From the NCBI GenBank assembly GCA_964455175.1, contig CAYVUW010000006.1, positions 8,720 to 72,719 of the forward strand: a stretch of DNA of 64,000 bases, given 5' to 3'. Shown here one piece after another: positions 26,722 through 35,894 of the stretch. Source of the DNA: an uncultured Acidobacteriota bacterium. Its GTDB lineage: Bacteria; Acidobacteriota; UBA890. The notes under the pieces are model-generated. The model ran no database searches, was not told the DNA's origin, and saw nothing but the letters and a program-made list of their open reading frames with translations. Positions within the stretch are counted from its first letter, which is position 1. The number at the start of each line of letters is the position of its first letter. A program made the translations under genes and the position numbers.

Positions 26722-28818
26722 CTAGGATGCATCCTCTTTTTCGCCTTCCTTGCCCTTCTCAGGCCGTTCCCAAGGTTCCCATTCCATACCAAGTACGTAC
26801 TGCTGCATCCATCTTATTTCCTCGATGTCACGGATGCGTTGATGCTTAGGCTCTCGGAAGCCATGAGGCTCACGCGGGAACTTAATGTAGCGAACCGGCG
26901 CTTTGCCAATATCCTTGATGGCAGTAAAAAACATCATGGATTGCTGCTCGGTGTCTGTAGTGTCGTTGGCACCATGGATCAGCAACGTCGGGGTTACGAT
27001 GTTGCTCGCATGGGTCAGCGCCGACTGATTGCGCCAGGCTTCGGCGTTATCCCATGGAGTGCCACCAATGTGCCAAAGACGCACATCATTATTGAAGCCC
27101 GGACCATACTCCGACGTCCAGTCATAAACACCTGCACCAATCGACGCTGCCTTGAAGCGGTCGGTTTGAGTAATAGTCCAGCCACCAAGGATGCCACCAT
27201 AACTCCACCCCCGGACACCCATACGCGTGAGGTCAACGATGCCATCGGCAATAACTTTGTCGACACCGGTCATCAGGTCCTGGAAGTCGCCAAAGCCAAT
27301 CCCATCACCACGCGCGAAAGTGTTGCCCTCGCGAAGGTAGTCAGTGTAGCCACTTGATCCACGCACGTTAGGCGATAACGAGGCGTAGCCCAAACCCGCG
27401 TGGATATGGTAACTGGCGCGGAAGCTGTTGGTAAACGAGCCAGCTGGGCCACCGTGGATGTTCAGCATTAGAGGCACCATGTCACCCTCCTCATAACCGA
27501 CAGGCAGATGGAGTAACCCCTCGACCATCATGCCATCGTGGCTTTCCCACTGGATAACTCGCATTTCCGCAAGCTGCAGTTCATCAACTTGGGGATTGGC
27601 GTGGGTTAGGCGAACTGGCTCGGAGCCATCGATGAAGCCAACCCACAGATCCGACGGCGTGTCGTAGTCAGAAAATGAGTAAACGTACTTCGTCCGGTCT
27701 GATGACCACGAACTGATGCTCATCGAGCCTTGAAAATCGGTCAGTTTCTCGAACTCACCAGTCTGAGCATTCATGCGGAACAAGTTGGTGTTCGTGCCTT
27801 GCTGCCCCGAGAATAGTAGATGTCCACCTTCAGGTGTCCACACAGCCTGCCGAGGGCTACCTTCGAAGCCATCGGACAACAATCGATGTTCTCCTAGAAC
27901 GGGATCAAGCAACCAGATCTTCGTGTTGCGATTCATCCACTCCTTGTCGTCAGCAGCAGTAAGCGTAAACATCTTGCCATCCGGCGACCACTCAGCGACC
28001 GACTCGGGGGCGTTGTTATCGGTCAGTCGGGATATTTCACCGGAGGAGAGTTCTACGATATAAATTTCGTTCTTGTCAGCATCATTGCGACGATTCGTGT
28101 ATCGCGCTGAAAAAGCAACCCGAGCGGAATCGGGCGAAACGTCGAAGCCACCGACAACAAATTGTTCGTCGGTAATTTGGGAAATCTCCTGGTTCTCAAT
28201 ATCAATTACCCACAGGTTGCTCCAGTACGAGCGATTTTGCCCATTCGGGCCCTCATCGACAAAAACCACGTCGTCATCCTCATTGACCATCGTGCTCTCA
28301 TCATCTGGGCGCTTGTCTGTGGCCACGAAGAAGATTTGGCTTGAGTCGTCTGACCATTGGTAGCTACCAATACTGGTCTCGTGTTCCGTGAGTTGTACTG
28401 CCTCCCCTCCAGCAGTGCGCATCCAAAAGACCTGCCGCTCGCCGTCGATACTGCGAGTAAGGGTTAAGTATTTGCCGTCCGGTGAAAACTGAAATGAGCC
28501 ACCGCCCTCCTCACCGATATATTCGAAGGCTTCACCGCCGCTCGACGGAATCATGTACCACTTAGTGGTTCGCTCGTTCTCTTCCCAATCGAGTTGGTTC
28601 TTGGAAAACAACACCCACTCGCCGTCCGGCGACATCAGCGCGCCTCCGACGCTATCCATATCCAATGAATCATCGACTGTCATCGGACGCGGACTTGCTA
28701 ACTCGACGGGCCCGGTTTCCTGTTCTTCTTGCACCGAGGGTGTCGAGAACACCAGGGCACTGGGCAGAACAATGCCGATGACCAGGAACATGGATGCAAC
28801 CAAAATCAGTTTTTGCAT
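26722..28818 (-). CDS. S9 family serine peptidase with N-terminal TolB/PD40-like beta-propeller
   Basis: 698 aa. A signal peptide is present. PD40 repeats (SPDGEWVLFS, SPDGKYLTL, SPDSARVAFS, SPDGKMFTL) precede a C-terminal alpha/beta hydrolase with GWSYGG (GxSxG). AAGGAG SD. Confidence 0.85.
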   Translation of the reverse strand: MQKLILVASMFLVIGIVLPSALVFSTPSVQEEQETGPVELASPRPMTVDDSLDMDSVGGALMSPDGEWVLFSKNQLDWEENERTTKWYMIPSSGGEAFEYIGEEGGGSFQFSPDGKYLTLTRSIDGERQVFWMRTAGGEAVQLTEHETSIGSYQWSDDSSQIFFVATDKRPDDESTMVNEDDDVVFVDEGPNGQNRSYWSNLWVIDIENQEISQITDEQFVVGGFDVSPDSARVAFSARYTNRRNDADKNEIYIVELSSGEISRLTDNNAPESVAEWSPDGKMFTLTAADDKEWMNRNTKIWLLDPVLGEHRLLSDGFEGSPRQAVWTPEGGHLLFSGQQGTNTNLFRMNAQTGEFEKLTDFQGSMSISSWSSDRTKYVYSFSDYDTPSDLWVGFIDGSEPVRLTHANPQVDELQLAEMRVIQWESHDGMMVEGLLHLPVGYEEGDMVPLMLNIHGGPAGSFTNSFRASYHIHAGLGYASLSPNVRGSSGYTDYLREGNTFARGDGIGFGDFQDLMTGVDKVIADGIVDLTRMGVRGWSYGGILGGWTITQTDRFKAASIGAGVYDWTSEYGPGFNNDVRLWHIGGTPWDNAEAWRNQSALTHASNIVTPTLLIHGANDTTDTEQQSMMFFTAIKDIGKAPVRYIKFPREPHGFREPKHQRIRDIEEIRWMQQYVLGMEWEPWERPEKGKEGEKEDAS

Positions 28819-29061
28819 TTAGATCTCCTTGACACAAATACAGGCCAGAAAGTGATGTTTTTCGCTCCCTGGAACCCTCAGCGATCCATGGTCAGGCGCT
28901 AGTCGGAGCTGATCATTGATTGCTTAAGGTATCGGAAAATATCAAATCACAAAAAGCGGCACCGTCGAAGGATCAGTTTCCCAGTTCCGGACAGCGGTAT
29001 TGACCCTGGCACAAAACCTGTCTATGAAGCATAGCCGGGGCATTGCGTTCGACGCACCCGC

Positions 29062-31956
29062 CTATTGCTGAGACGCTCTCGCTGAGCCAGATCGACGCGG
29101 ATCAGCACCTGCCGTTGCTTCACCGTTTTCGATCATTACCGCAGCCCCATAGCCCATCCGCATCTCTCCACGCAAAGAGATTTTCTGGAATCGGTGTCCC
29201 ATGCCGCGCAGTTCACGCACGACGCTCGGAGAAATTATGTCCTCAGCGGTAATCACAGTCGCTCGTTGTGCATCACCTCCGCGACCCGCACTGGATACCA
29301 AAAAACGTGGCAACTCCAGCGCCCGTTGGGGATCGAGGCCACCGTCGATAATGCCCGTGATTATGGAATAGACCGCCGCGCCGATCCACGCATTTCCAGC
29401 GGCACCAACCGCGAGCAAGGGCCTTTGCTCGTCCCCGGTGCCACGGAAGACAAGTGTCGGAGAAATCGACGTACTGTTACGAGCATACGGAAGTCGAGCA
29501 CCGTAGCCCGTCGGATTACTACCATACGATCGAAGCTTGTCGTTGTATGGAAAACCAACCCCCGGTGTAACGTAAAAATTTCCACCCCAGGTACCAAGAG
29601 TCTGAGTCACCGACACGAAATTTCCCTCACCATCTGCGACCGCAAATGCTGTCGTGCCCGTGTAACTACAGCCCTCATCAGTGTCCTGGCAGGATAAATC
29701 GTTCTCGAACCAAACTGAGGCAACACGATCCTGCTCGCGTGCGCATTCCGGCATACCACCAGAGTTTGACCTCAAGTCGTCAGGCAATGTCGCCTTCTGA
29801 GAGTTAAAACACCGGGTCCAACGAGTCTTTCCAACCTCTGGATCTATCACCGGGTCAATATCTACAGGCCACAAGCTCGGATCGGCCAGCCGGCCGCGGG
29901 AAGATGGCTGCAGCTTGGTCGCCTCAATGAGGGCATGAAGTGAAGCCGCATTTTCGCTGTATAGCTCCATAGGCGCGAAGTTGTTCAATAGGTTGAGCTT
30001 GGCGATAAGTGACACACCCCCACTCACCGGGGGCGCAGCAGAATAAATCGTGTGGTCGCGATACTTCCCGACCACGGGGTGACGTTCAACTGCGAAGTAT
30101 CGGGCCATGTCATTCATAGTCATGGCATTGCCCTTTCCACGAAGGTCTTCGACGATCCTACGTGCGACCTCGCCCTCGTAGAACGCGTCGGCACCTCCCT
30201 CGGCGATCTCTTTGAGCGTCCACCCAAGATCCGGGTTCTTGAACAAATCACCGGCCTGCAGTGGTTCACCATTGGGGAAGAACAGCTCCATACTGCTGTC
30301 CCATGGGCCGTAACGGGCGCGCTCGATCGCCAGGGTCGTGGTAAAAGCGTCATCTAGGATAAAACCTTCGTTCGCGGCACGGATCGCCGGCTCGATCAAA
30401 CGCGCCCACTCAATCTGGTCACTGCCGTATTTATCAAAGGCGAGTTCCATGCCACGCACCACCCCGGGCACGTTGGCAAGCATTGGGCCAGTCGCATTGT
30501 TAAGCGCCGCATTCTCAAGCGTCGCCTCCTGTGGCGCTCGGGTAAGGAACTCGATAACGATCGGTGCTTCCATGTCAGTCAGGAAGGCAACCATCTGGCC
30601 ATAGCCACCAAGACCGCTGGCGTCGGGTTCAACAACACCGAGCGCAAACGAGACAGCGACCGCAGCGTCGATGACGTTACCGCCCGCCTCAAGGATTTCG
30701 ACACCGGCCGCAGTGGCGATCGGATGGGCACTTGAGACAGCAGCTCTACCGGTGGCGGCGTCACGAGTTGTAGGACGGGCACGAAGCATTGAGTGGATAA
30801 CTTCTTCAAGTACGGCATCGTTTTTCGCAGCGAGTGCCTGCGGGCGGAACTGGTCTCGTAGCTGGGTCCATTCCAAGGCACGCTCGCCGTTTGTGAAATA
30901 GATAGCGGCCATCCGCTCCCAGACGCGGTCAAAAGCCTCTCCGTTGTAAACGGCCCGATCGATCCGCACACGGAGGCTCGTCGGTTCAGGATCAGTGATA
31001 AAGGGGGGCGGTGCTTCGACGAACCAAAAGCGGGCTGTGTCGCTAAAAGGCTCGAAAATGTCGGTCACCGCGCGATCACCTACCCGGTCGGGGTCACCAT
31101 TGTAACCAGGACCGGCGGGGGCAAGTTCAGCAAGAGCAATGCTATTGCCATCCGGTGCCCAGGCCGCTGCGGCGCTGGCCTCTATAACAAGGTTGCTGAA
31201 GCGACCGTCCTCGGGAGCCACGTACACCCCAGGGGAACCTCCCCGAGTACTGAACACAATACGCTCACCCCCTGGAGCCCACGCCGCATCGACGACGGTC
31301 ATACCGCTGATCACCACTTCATCCTCTTTGATTTCATCTTCATCGTCGAACGTAACTAAGTGAATTGTCCGGCCGGTGATATAAAGGAGTTTGCTACCAT
31401 CGGGCGAAAAAATGGGGGAGCTCTCTACTCCATCGCCTTCGATCAGAGGCTGCTCTTCACCGTCTGTGCTACGTCGCCAGAGGTCGGCAGTCCCGTTGCG
31501 TCCGCGAACAAAAGCAATGGTGCCATCAGGCCCCTCCGTCGGCTGTGTATCGGCAGCTTCCGCGATGGTCAATTGCACCGTTGTGCCGGTCACAAGCCCG
31601 GTGTCATCCACCGTTACCCGCCAGAGGTCGGTAGAACCATTGCGGTCAGACGCAAACACGATCGACTCACCATCCGCACCCCAGACGGGATCACGGTCCC
31701 ATGCTGGGCCGCTAGTTACCTGGACAATCTTGTCAGCCCGCAAGTCAGCACCGTCATCCACTGTCCCCGATACCCAGATATCACCATTAACCTCAAAAAC
31801 TAGTCGGTTATCGGGACCGTATGATGGACTACGGATCCAGTTGCGCAGCTCGATCTGCTGCAAACCCGTCGCTGCGTTAACGACGCTTCTGGGGAACCAA
31901 TCAATAGCGACCGAACCACTTATGAGCAGGGCACAAACGATTGTCCGTCGCAGCAT
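29062..31956 (-). CDS. gamma-glutamyltransferase family protein fused to an N-terminal TolB/PD40-like beta-propeller
   Basis: ORF 29062..32040. The start is placed at MLRRTIVCALLISGSVA (signal peptide, GAGG upstream). The N-terminal 330 aa carry PD40 repeats (FASDRNGSTDLWRV, SPDGSKLLYI, APDGNSIAL). The C-terminal 600 aa are GGT: HPIATAAGVEILEAGGNVIDAAVAVSFALGVVEPDASGLGGYG, and a Thr nucleophile region TGTTAFAVADGEGNFVSVTQTLG. Confidence 0.75.
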   Translation of the reverse strand: MLRRTIVCALLISGSVAIDWFPRSVVNAATGLQQIELRNWIRSPSYGPDNRLVFEVNGDIWVSGTVDDGADLRADKIVQVTSGPAWDRDPVWGADGESIVFASDRNGSTDLWRVTVDDTGLVTGTTVQLTIAEAADTQPTEGPDGTIAFVRGRNGTADLWRRSTDGEEQPLIEGDGVESSPIFSPDGSKLLYITGRTIHLVTFDDEDEIKEDEVVISGMTVVDAAWAPGGERIVFSTRGGSPGVYVAPEDGRFSNLVIEASAAAAWAPDGNSIALAELAPAGPGYNGDPDRVGDRAVTDIFEPFSDTARFWFVEAPPPFITDPEPTSLRVRIDRAVYNGEAFDRVWERMAAIYFTNGERALEWTQLRDQFRPQALAAKNDAVLEEVIHSMLRARPTTRDAATGRAAVSSAHPIATAAGVEILEAGGNVIDAAVAVSFALGVVEPDASGLGGYGQMVAFLTDMEAPIVIEFLTRAPQEATLENAALNNATGPMLANVPGVVRGMELAFDKYGSDQIEWARLIEPAIRAANEGFILDDAFTTTLAIERARYGPWDSSMELFFPNGEPLQAGDLFKNPDLGWTLKEIAEGGADAFYEGEVARRIVEDLRGKGNAMTMNDMARYFAVERHPVVGKYRDHTIYSAAPPVSGGVSLIAKLNLLNNFAPMELYSENAASLHALIEATKLQPSSRGRLADPSLWPVDIDPVIDPEVGKTRWTRCFNSQKATLPDDLRSNSGGMPECAREQDRVASVWFENDLSCQDTDEGCSYTGTTAFAVADGEGNFVSVTQTLGTWGGNFYVTPGVGFPYNDKLRSYGSNPTGYGARLPYARNSTSISPTLVFRGTGDEQRPLLAVGAAGNAWIGAAVYSIITGIIDGGLDPQRALELPRFLVSSAGRGGDAQRATVITAEDIISPSVVRELRGMGHRFQKISLRGEMRMGYGAAVMIENGEATAGADPRRSGSARASQQ

Positions 31957-32104
31957 TTCGATACCTCGGCTCGTTGGTAAATTTCTAAGAACCTGACAGA
32001 GACAATGGGGCGGAAAGACTACCCGCTGCGTTAGTTTCAAACCAATGCAGGAAACTACAAACGTCGGCGTGCTCGAATCACAGGCACCACACGTTCACCA
32101 ACGA

Positions 32105-33166
32105 TCAACTGTGGTCTCTATCGACGTGAATAGTTTGGGTCGGGAACGCCATTTCAATCCCCGCTTCACTAAAACGCCGTACGATCTTCAAGTTGATTGA
32201 TTGAGTGGTATCCATAAAGTCACCATACTCGGGCGTCAACATCCAATAGACGACTACAAAGTTCAGCGCAAAGTCACCAAATGAGGAGAAATGGGCTCGG
32301 TCGAAGCGTGCTAATTCCTCGGTTTCAAGTATCTCTTGGATCATTCCAGGGATCGCCTCAAGCTTCTCAGCCGGCGTGTCGTAAGTTACGCCGAGATTCA
32401 TCGTGCCTCGCCGCTCCACCATACGTTTGTAGTTGCGCAGCCGGCTACTGAGCAAATCACTGTTTGACATAACGAGCTGTTCCCCAGTGTTGCTACGCAG
32501 GCGGGTACTTTTCAGGCCTACGTTCTCGACCGTGCCACTGAAATCATCAACAGTGATGAAATCACCGACGACAAATGGCTTGTCGAGCGCGATGGTGAGA
32601 GAGCCAAACAGATCTTGCAAAATACCGTTGACCGCCAAGGCAATTGCTATGCCGCCGATACCAAGGCCAGCAACAAGAGCATTAATGTCGAAACCAACTG
32701 TTGCTAGTCCTACAAGGGTCATCAAAGAAATGAACACGATCCTTACCAGTGTGCTGACGAAGCCAGCCGCAGTGGTACTGGCTGGATCCTCGGCATCTAG
32801 GCGCTCCTGAGTGAATCGTTTAAGCGCATAACCAATCAGACGGTTGCCCCACAAGGTTGTCTGTACCAGAAAGGCAATTATCGCAACGCTGCGCAAATAA
32901 ACCCGTATGGAATCCGGCATTTCAATCATGAAAGAGCCAGCAAATACCGATAGCAACACCAGCAACAGGAACTTGGTGCTGGCAATTAGTTCCATTATGA
33001 AATCGTCGAAATCGGTCGCTGTCTTCTCGGCGAGCTTGCGGAGACGGCGAATGCCCACAGTTTTGATGATTTGAAAGGCCAGCAAGGCCAGAAACACCAC
33101 GCCAAGTGCTGAACTCCACTGGAGCAGGGTGTTACCAAAATAAACCTGTTCGAGAACCCCCATCAA
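32105..33166 (-). CDS. mechanosensitive ion channel (MscS family)
   Basis: 353 aa. The TM3 and beta-domain sequence LDKPFVVGDFITVDDFSGTVENVGLKSTRLRSNTGEQLVMSNSDL is typical MscS. Confidence 0.85.
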   Translation of the reverse strand: MMGVLEQVYFGNTLLQWSSALGVVFLALLAFQIIKTVGIRRLRKLAEKTATDFDDFIMELIASTKFLLLVLLSVFAGSFMIEMPDSIRVYLRSVAIIAFLVQTTLWGNRLIGYALKRFTQERLDAEDPASTTAAGFVSTLVRIVFISLMTLVGLATVGFDINALVAGLGIGGIAIALAVNGILQDLFGSLTIALDKPFVVGDFITVDDFSGTVENVGLKSTRLRSNTGEQLVMSNSDLLSSRLRNYKRMVERRGTMNLGVTYDTPAEKLEAIPGMIQEILETEELARFDRAHFSSFGDFALNFVVVYWMLTPEYGDFMDTTQSINLKIVRRFSEAGIEMAFPTQTIHVDRDHS

Positions 33167-33172
33167 TTCCTC

Positions 33173-34267
33173 CTAAGGCTCAAGCAGAACCTTGGTGCAG
33201 CCATCGAGCTTCTGGTCGAATATTTGATACGCGTTCACGCCCTCCGACAACATCATCCGGTGAGAAAACACGAACTCTGGGTCGATTTGTTTGGCACCTA
33301 CCAAGGGTGCTAATCGTTGCATGTAATAGCGAGCCGGGCAGCGGCCAGAGCGAAAGGTCAGGTTCTTATCGTAGGCATCGCCCGGAGTAAAACTGAAGGA
33401 CTTGTCAGTGTTCACCCCCACCGATGATACAACCCCACCTGGACGTACAATTTCGATCGCTAGATCCATGGCTGACCGTGCTCCAACGGCTTCCATCACC
33501 GCATCGGCGCCGCGACCATCGGTAGCTTCCCGCACTACATCGGCAACCGGGTCCACCCTGTAGTCAAGCGCAACGGCACCCATCTGCTCGGCAGTTGCGA
33601 GACGCTCTGGAATTGTGTCAATGACGAAGACTTCTTCGGCTCCTAGGTAGTACGCGGCCAGAATCGTCATCATGCCGACTGGGCCACAACCGACGATCGC
33701 ATACGTGCAACTAGCACCCAACAGAGGCACGGCACGTGTCTGTGCCAGTCGGTTGCCATCGAGGAAACCAACGCCTGCCTGCTCGGCACAAAAGAAACCG
33801 GTTGAGAGGATGTCACCAAGCAATAAAGCGGCAGCAAAGCTAACGCCTTCGGGCACGTGCATAAGCGTGCCGTCAGCTAGCGGTGCACGCACATACTCAG
33901 CCTGAGACCCCTGCAGTCCAACACCGTCATGTACCCAACCGAAAAATTGGCCGGAATCGCAGCGGCACGTCAAACCAGATTGGCAGTAGAAGCAAACCCC
34001 GCAGTTCGTCGTAAATGGACTAAATACCAGATCGCCCTTGGCAAAGCTCTCGACTGCAGAACCCACTTCAACGATCTCACCAACGAACTCGTGTCCCATA
34101 ATGGTTCCGCAGTCCATTTCTTCGCGCGCGTGGTATGGATGCAGATCGGAACCGCAAATTCCCGCCGCGCGCATCCGAACGATAACGTCCGTGGCCTGCT
34201 CAATCCTGGGATCGGCAGCGTCTGAATAAGCTACCTTCTGCTTGCCCTCGAAGGTAATCGCCTTCAT
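33173..34267 (-). CDS. zinc-dependent alcohol dehydrogenase (MDR family, formaldehyde/alcohol dehydrogenase-like)
   Basis: 364 aa. The catalytic Zn site GICGSDLH...GHEFVGEIVEVG and the structural-Zn Cys cluster CGVCFYCQSGLTCRC are present. It overlaps the upstream ORF by 4 nt (ATGA). Confidence 0.8.
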   Translation of the reverse strand: MKAITFEGKQKVAYSDAADPRIEQATDVIVRMRAAGICGSDLHPYHAREEMDCGTIMGHEFVGEIVEVGSAVESFAKGDLVFSPFTTNCGVCFYCQSGLTCRCDSGQFFGWVHDGVGLQGSQAEYVRAPLADGTLMHVPEGVSFAAALLLGDILSTGFFCAEQAGVGFLDGNRLAQTRAVPLLGASCTYAIVGCGPVGMMTILAAYYLGAEEVFVIDTIPERLATAEQMGAVALDYRVDPVADVVREATDGRGADAVMEAVGARSAMDLAIEIVRPGGVVSSVGVNTDKSFSFTPGDAYDKNLTFRSGRCPARYYMQRLAPLVGAKQIDPEFVFSHRMMLSEGVNAYQIFDQKLDGCTKVLLEP

Positions 34268-34491
34268 TCGCCTTTTAGATCCTTCTTAGGCTGCCTTCGC
34301 TTGAAGTCCTCGCGTCGGACCCATTCAAATATTGTGTTGCAAGCATTGCACTTGTACTGCGAGGTCATCAGAAGGGCCCCAAAAACGGCTAGCGGCTTGC
34401 TATCCCTGCTTCCACAAAATGGGCACTCTACTGCTGCGGGCAACGCCGCCGTATGAAGGGAAGAATCCGTTGCCACCCGGCTGGCCCTCAA
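34264..34491 (-). CDS. PaaD C-terminal Zn-ribbon domain encoded as a stand-alone small protein
   Basis: 75 aa. SLHTAALPAAVECPFCGS...YKCNACNTIFEWVRREDFK aligns to the E. coli PaaD C-terminus HSCHAHLPPEVRCPRCAS...YRCDSCREPFDYFK. It overlaps the paaC stop (ATGA). The exact start is uncertain. Confidence 0.6.
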   Translation of the reverse strand: MRASRVATDSSLHTAALPAAVECPFCGSRDSKPLAVFGALLMTSQYKCNACNTIFEWVRREDFKRRQPKKDLKGE

Positions 34492-35294
34492 TCACCTACA
34501 CCAGGGGTGCGGTTGTTTGCACCGGTGATCATCTCGAAACAATCATCTTCAAACACCGGCACACCATGTCGACGGCCCGCCTTATTCCAACCGTCCCAGT
34601 TAATTTCGACGTCACTCATTGGACGAATTGACCCTCCGTCAAACATAGGCAAAACGTTTTCAATGTAGCTATTGCGCAGGCCTGCAGCGCTGTCAGCTAA
34701 GACTCCCACATCGTAAAGCTCATCGAGTCCGTTGCCGGAATTCGGCCCAAACCAGGCAATGCATTGGGGCCATACGCGATTGAACATCTGGTTCAATCTT
34801 TCAACAGTCTCTTCCGGCCCCGACGCTAATCGTTTAATCCAAGCATCGGCGTGCACGGAGTGATATTCCTCTTCTGCAAGTACTTTGCGCAGCCGCTGGG
34901 TCAAGGGATGGTAGTTGCCAGCAAGCGCCGAGCGCAGGTTAACTGTAAGTAACGTATCAACGAGCGCATTGCCAATCACTAGGTCGACCCAGCCCGTAAA
35001 CGGCCGATCGAGCGCCCCGATGCTGAACCATGTGCTGCGGTCTGTGGCTCGGGAAGCGTCACGTGGATCTTCCGGCAGATCACTGAGAACACCCCTTAAA
35101 ACACGGGCGTGCCCGAGTTCGAACTGCGCCATCGCACTCGCGGCAATGTTGGCCTCAAGCTCCGGCCCTCCAGTGCACCACTCAGCATAACGTAGCCCAA
35201 GCAAATGCTTGGTATCCGACATCGCCGTTAACCAGTTCGCCAAACTCTGCCGTTCATCTGCACCCAGGTCTTCAGGGTTGGAGATCAACGTCAC
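34488..35294 (-). CDS. paaC: 1,2-phenylacetyl-CoA epoxidase subunit C-like
   Basis: 268 aa. LRYAEWCTGGPELEANIAASAMAQFELGHARVL matches PaaC LGEWCGHAPELEIDLALANIGLDLLGQARNFL. The GTG start overlaps the paaB stop (TAGTG). Confidence 0.75.
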   Translation of the reverse strand: MTLISNPEDLGADERQSLANWLTAMSDTKHLLGLRYAEWCTGGPELEANIAASAMAQFELGHARVLRGVLSDLPEDPRDASRATDRSTWFSIGALDRPFTGWVDLVIGNALVDTLLTVNLRSALAGNYHPLTQRLRKVLAEEEYHSVHADAWIKRLASGPEETVERLNQMFNRVWPQCIAWFGPNSGNGLDELYDVGVLADSAAGLRNSYIENVLPMFDGGSIRPMSDVEINWDGWNKAGRRHGVPVFEDDCFEMITGANNRTPGVGD

Positions 35295-35515
35295 TAGTCC
35301 GCCTCCTTGAATTCCACGAGAGGTTCAAGTTCGATTACCGGAACCATTGCGACACGTTTCACGACGACCATTTCGATCCAGTTTTCCTCGTCGTATGTCG
35401 TGCGCGCATAGACACGAGCAAAGTCGATGCTAGTGGCATTCACTGTGCCAACGTGTCCAAGCGGTTCGTCACGCGTACGGCGCGCGAAAACTTCGTAAAG
35501 CTGACCTGTTGCCAT
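35294..35515 (-). CDS. paaB: 1,2-phenylacetyl-CoA epoxidase subunit B-like
   Basis: 73 aa. LYEVFARRTRDEPLGHVGTVNATSIDFARVYARTTYDEENWIEMVVVK matches the PaaB consensus. Confidence 0.75.
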   Translation of the reverse strand: MATGQLYEVFARRTRDEPLGHVGTVNATSIDFARVYARTTYDEENWIEMVVVKRVAMVPVIELEPLVEFKEAD

Positions 35516-35549
35516 TTTGGCTCCCGAGCGGCCCAGCCCCTAGCTCAAA

Positions 35550-35894
35550 TCAAAGGGAGATACCAAAGCCCTCTAGTTGCTTCTTACCAGTCTCGCTGAT
35601 TCGGTCCGGCGTCCAAGGTGGTTCCCATACCACCTGTGTGCTGACTTCTTTAATCCCCGGTTCGGCCAGAAGCCGTTCACGTATATCTTCCTGGATAAAG
35701 TTCATCGCCGGACAAGCTGTCGCCGTAAACGAAAGGTCAACTTCGACCCGTCCTTTCAACCTGCGCACGTCGTAAATCAACCCAAGGTCGACCAAACTAA
35801 CCGGGACTTCCGGGTCCATAACCTCCCTAAGCGCTGACCACAAGGATGCTGTCCCGGATTTGGGGTCGTGAATTAACTCCCTTTCAACCAGCAT
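35550..35894 (-). CDS. DUF59 (Fe-S assembly MIP18-like) domain protein equivalent to the N-terminal part of PaaD
   Basis: ORF 35550..35915. The start is placed at MLVEREL, whose ATG overlaps the paaA stop (TGATG). VMDPEVPVSLVDLGLIYDV...TATACPAM...VVWEPPWTPDRISETGKKQLEGFGIS matches PaaD residues up to REYGIS, then terminates. Confidence 0.7.
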   Translation of the reverse strand: MLVERELIHDPKSGTASLWSALREVMDPEVPVSLVDLGLIYDVRRLKGRVEVDLSFTATACPAMNFIQEDIRERLLAEPGIKEVSTQVVWEPPWTPDRISETGKKQLEGFGISL

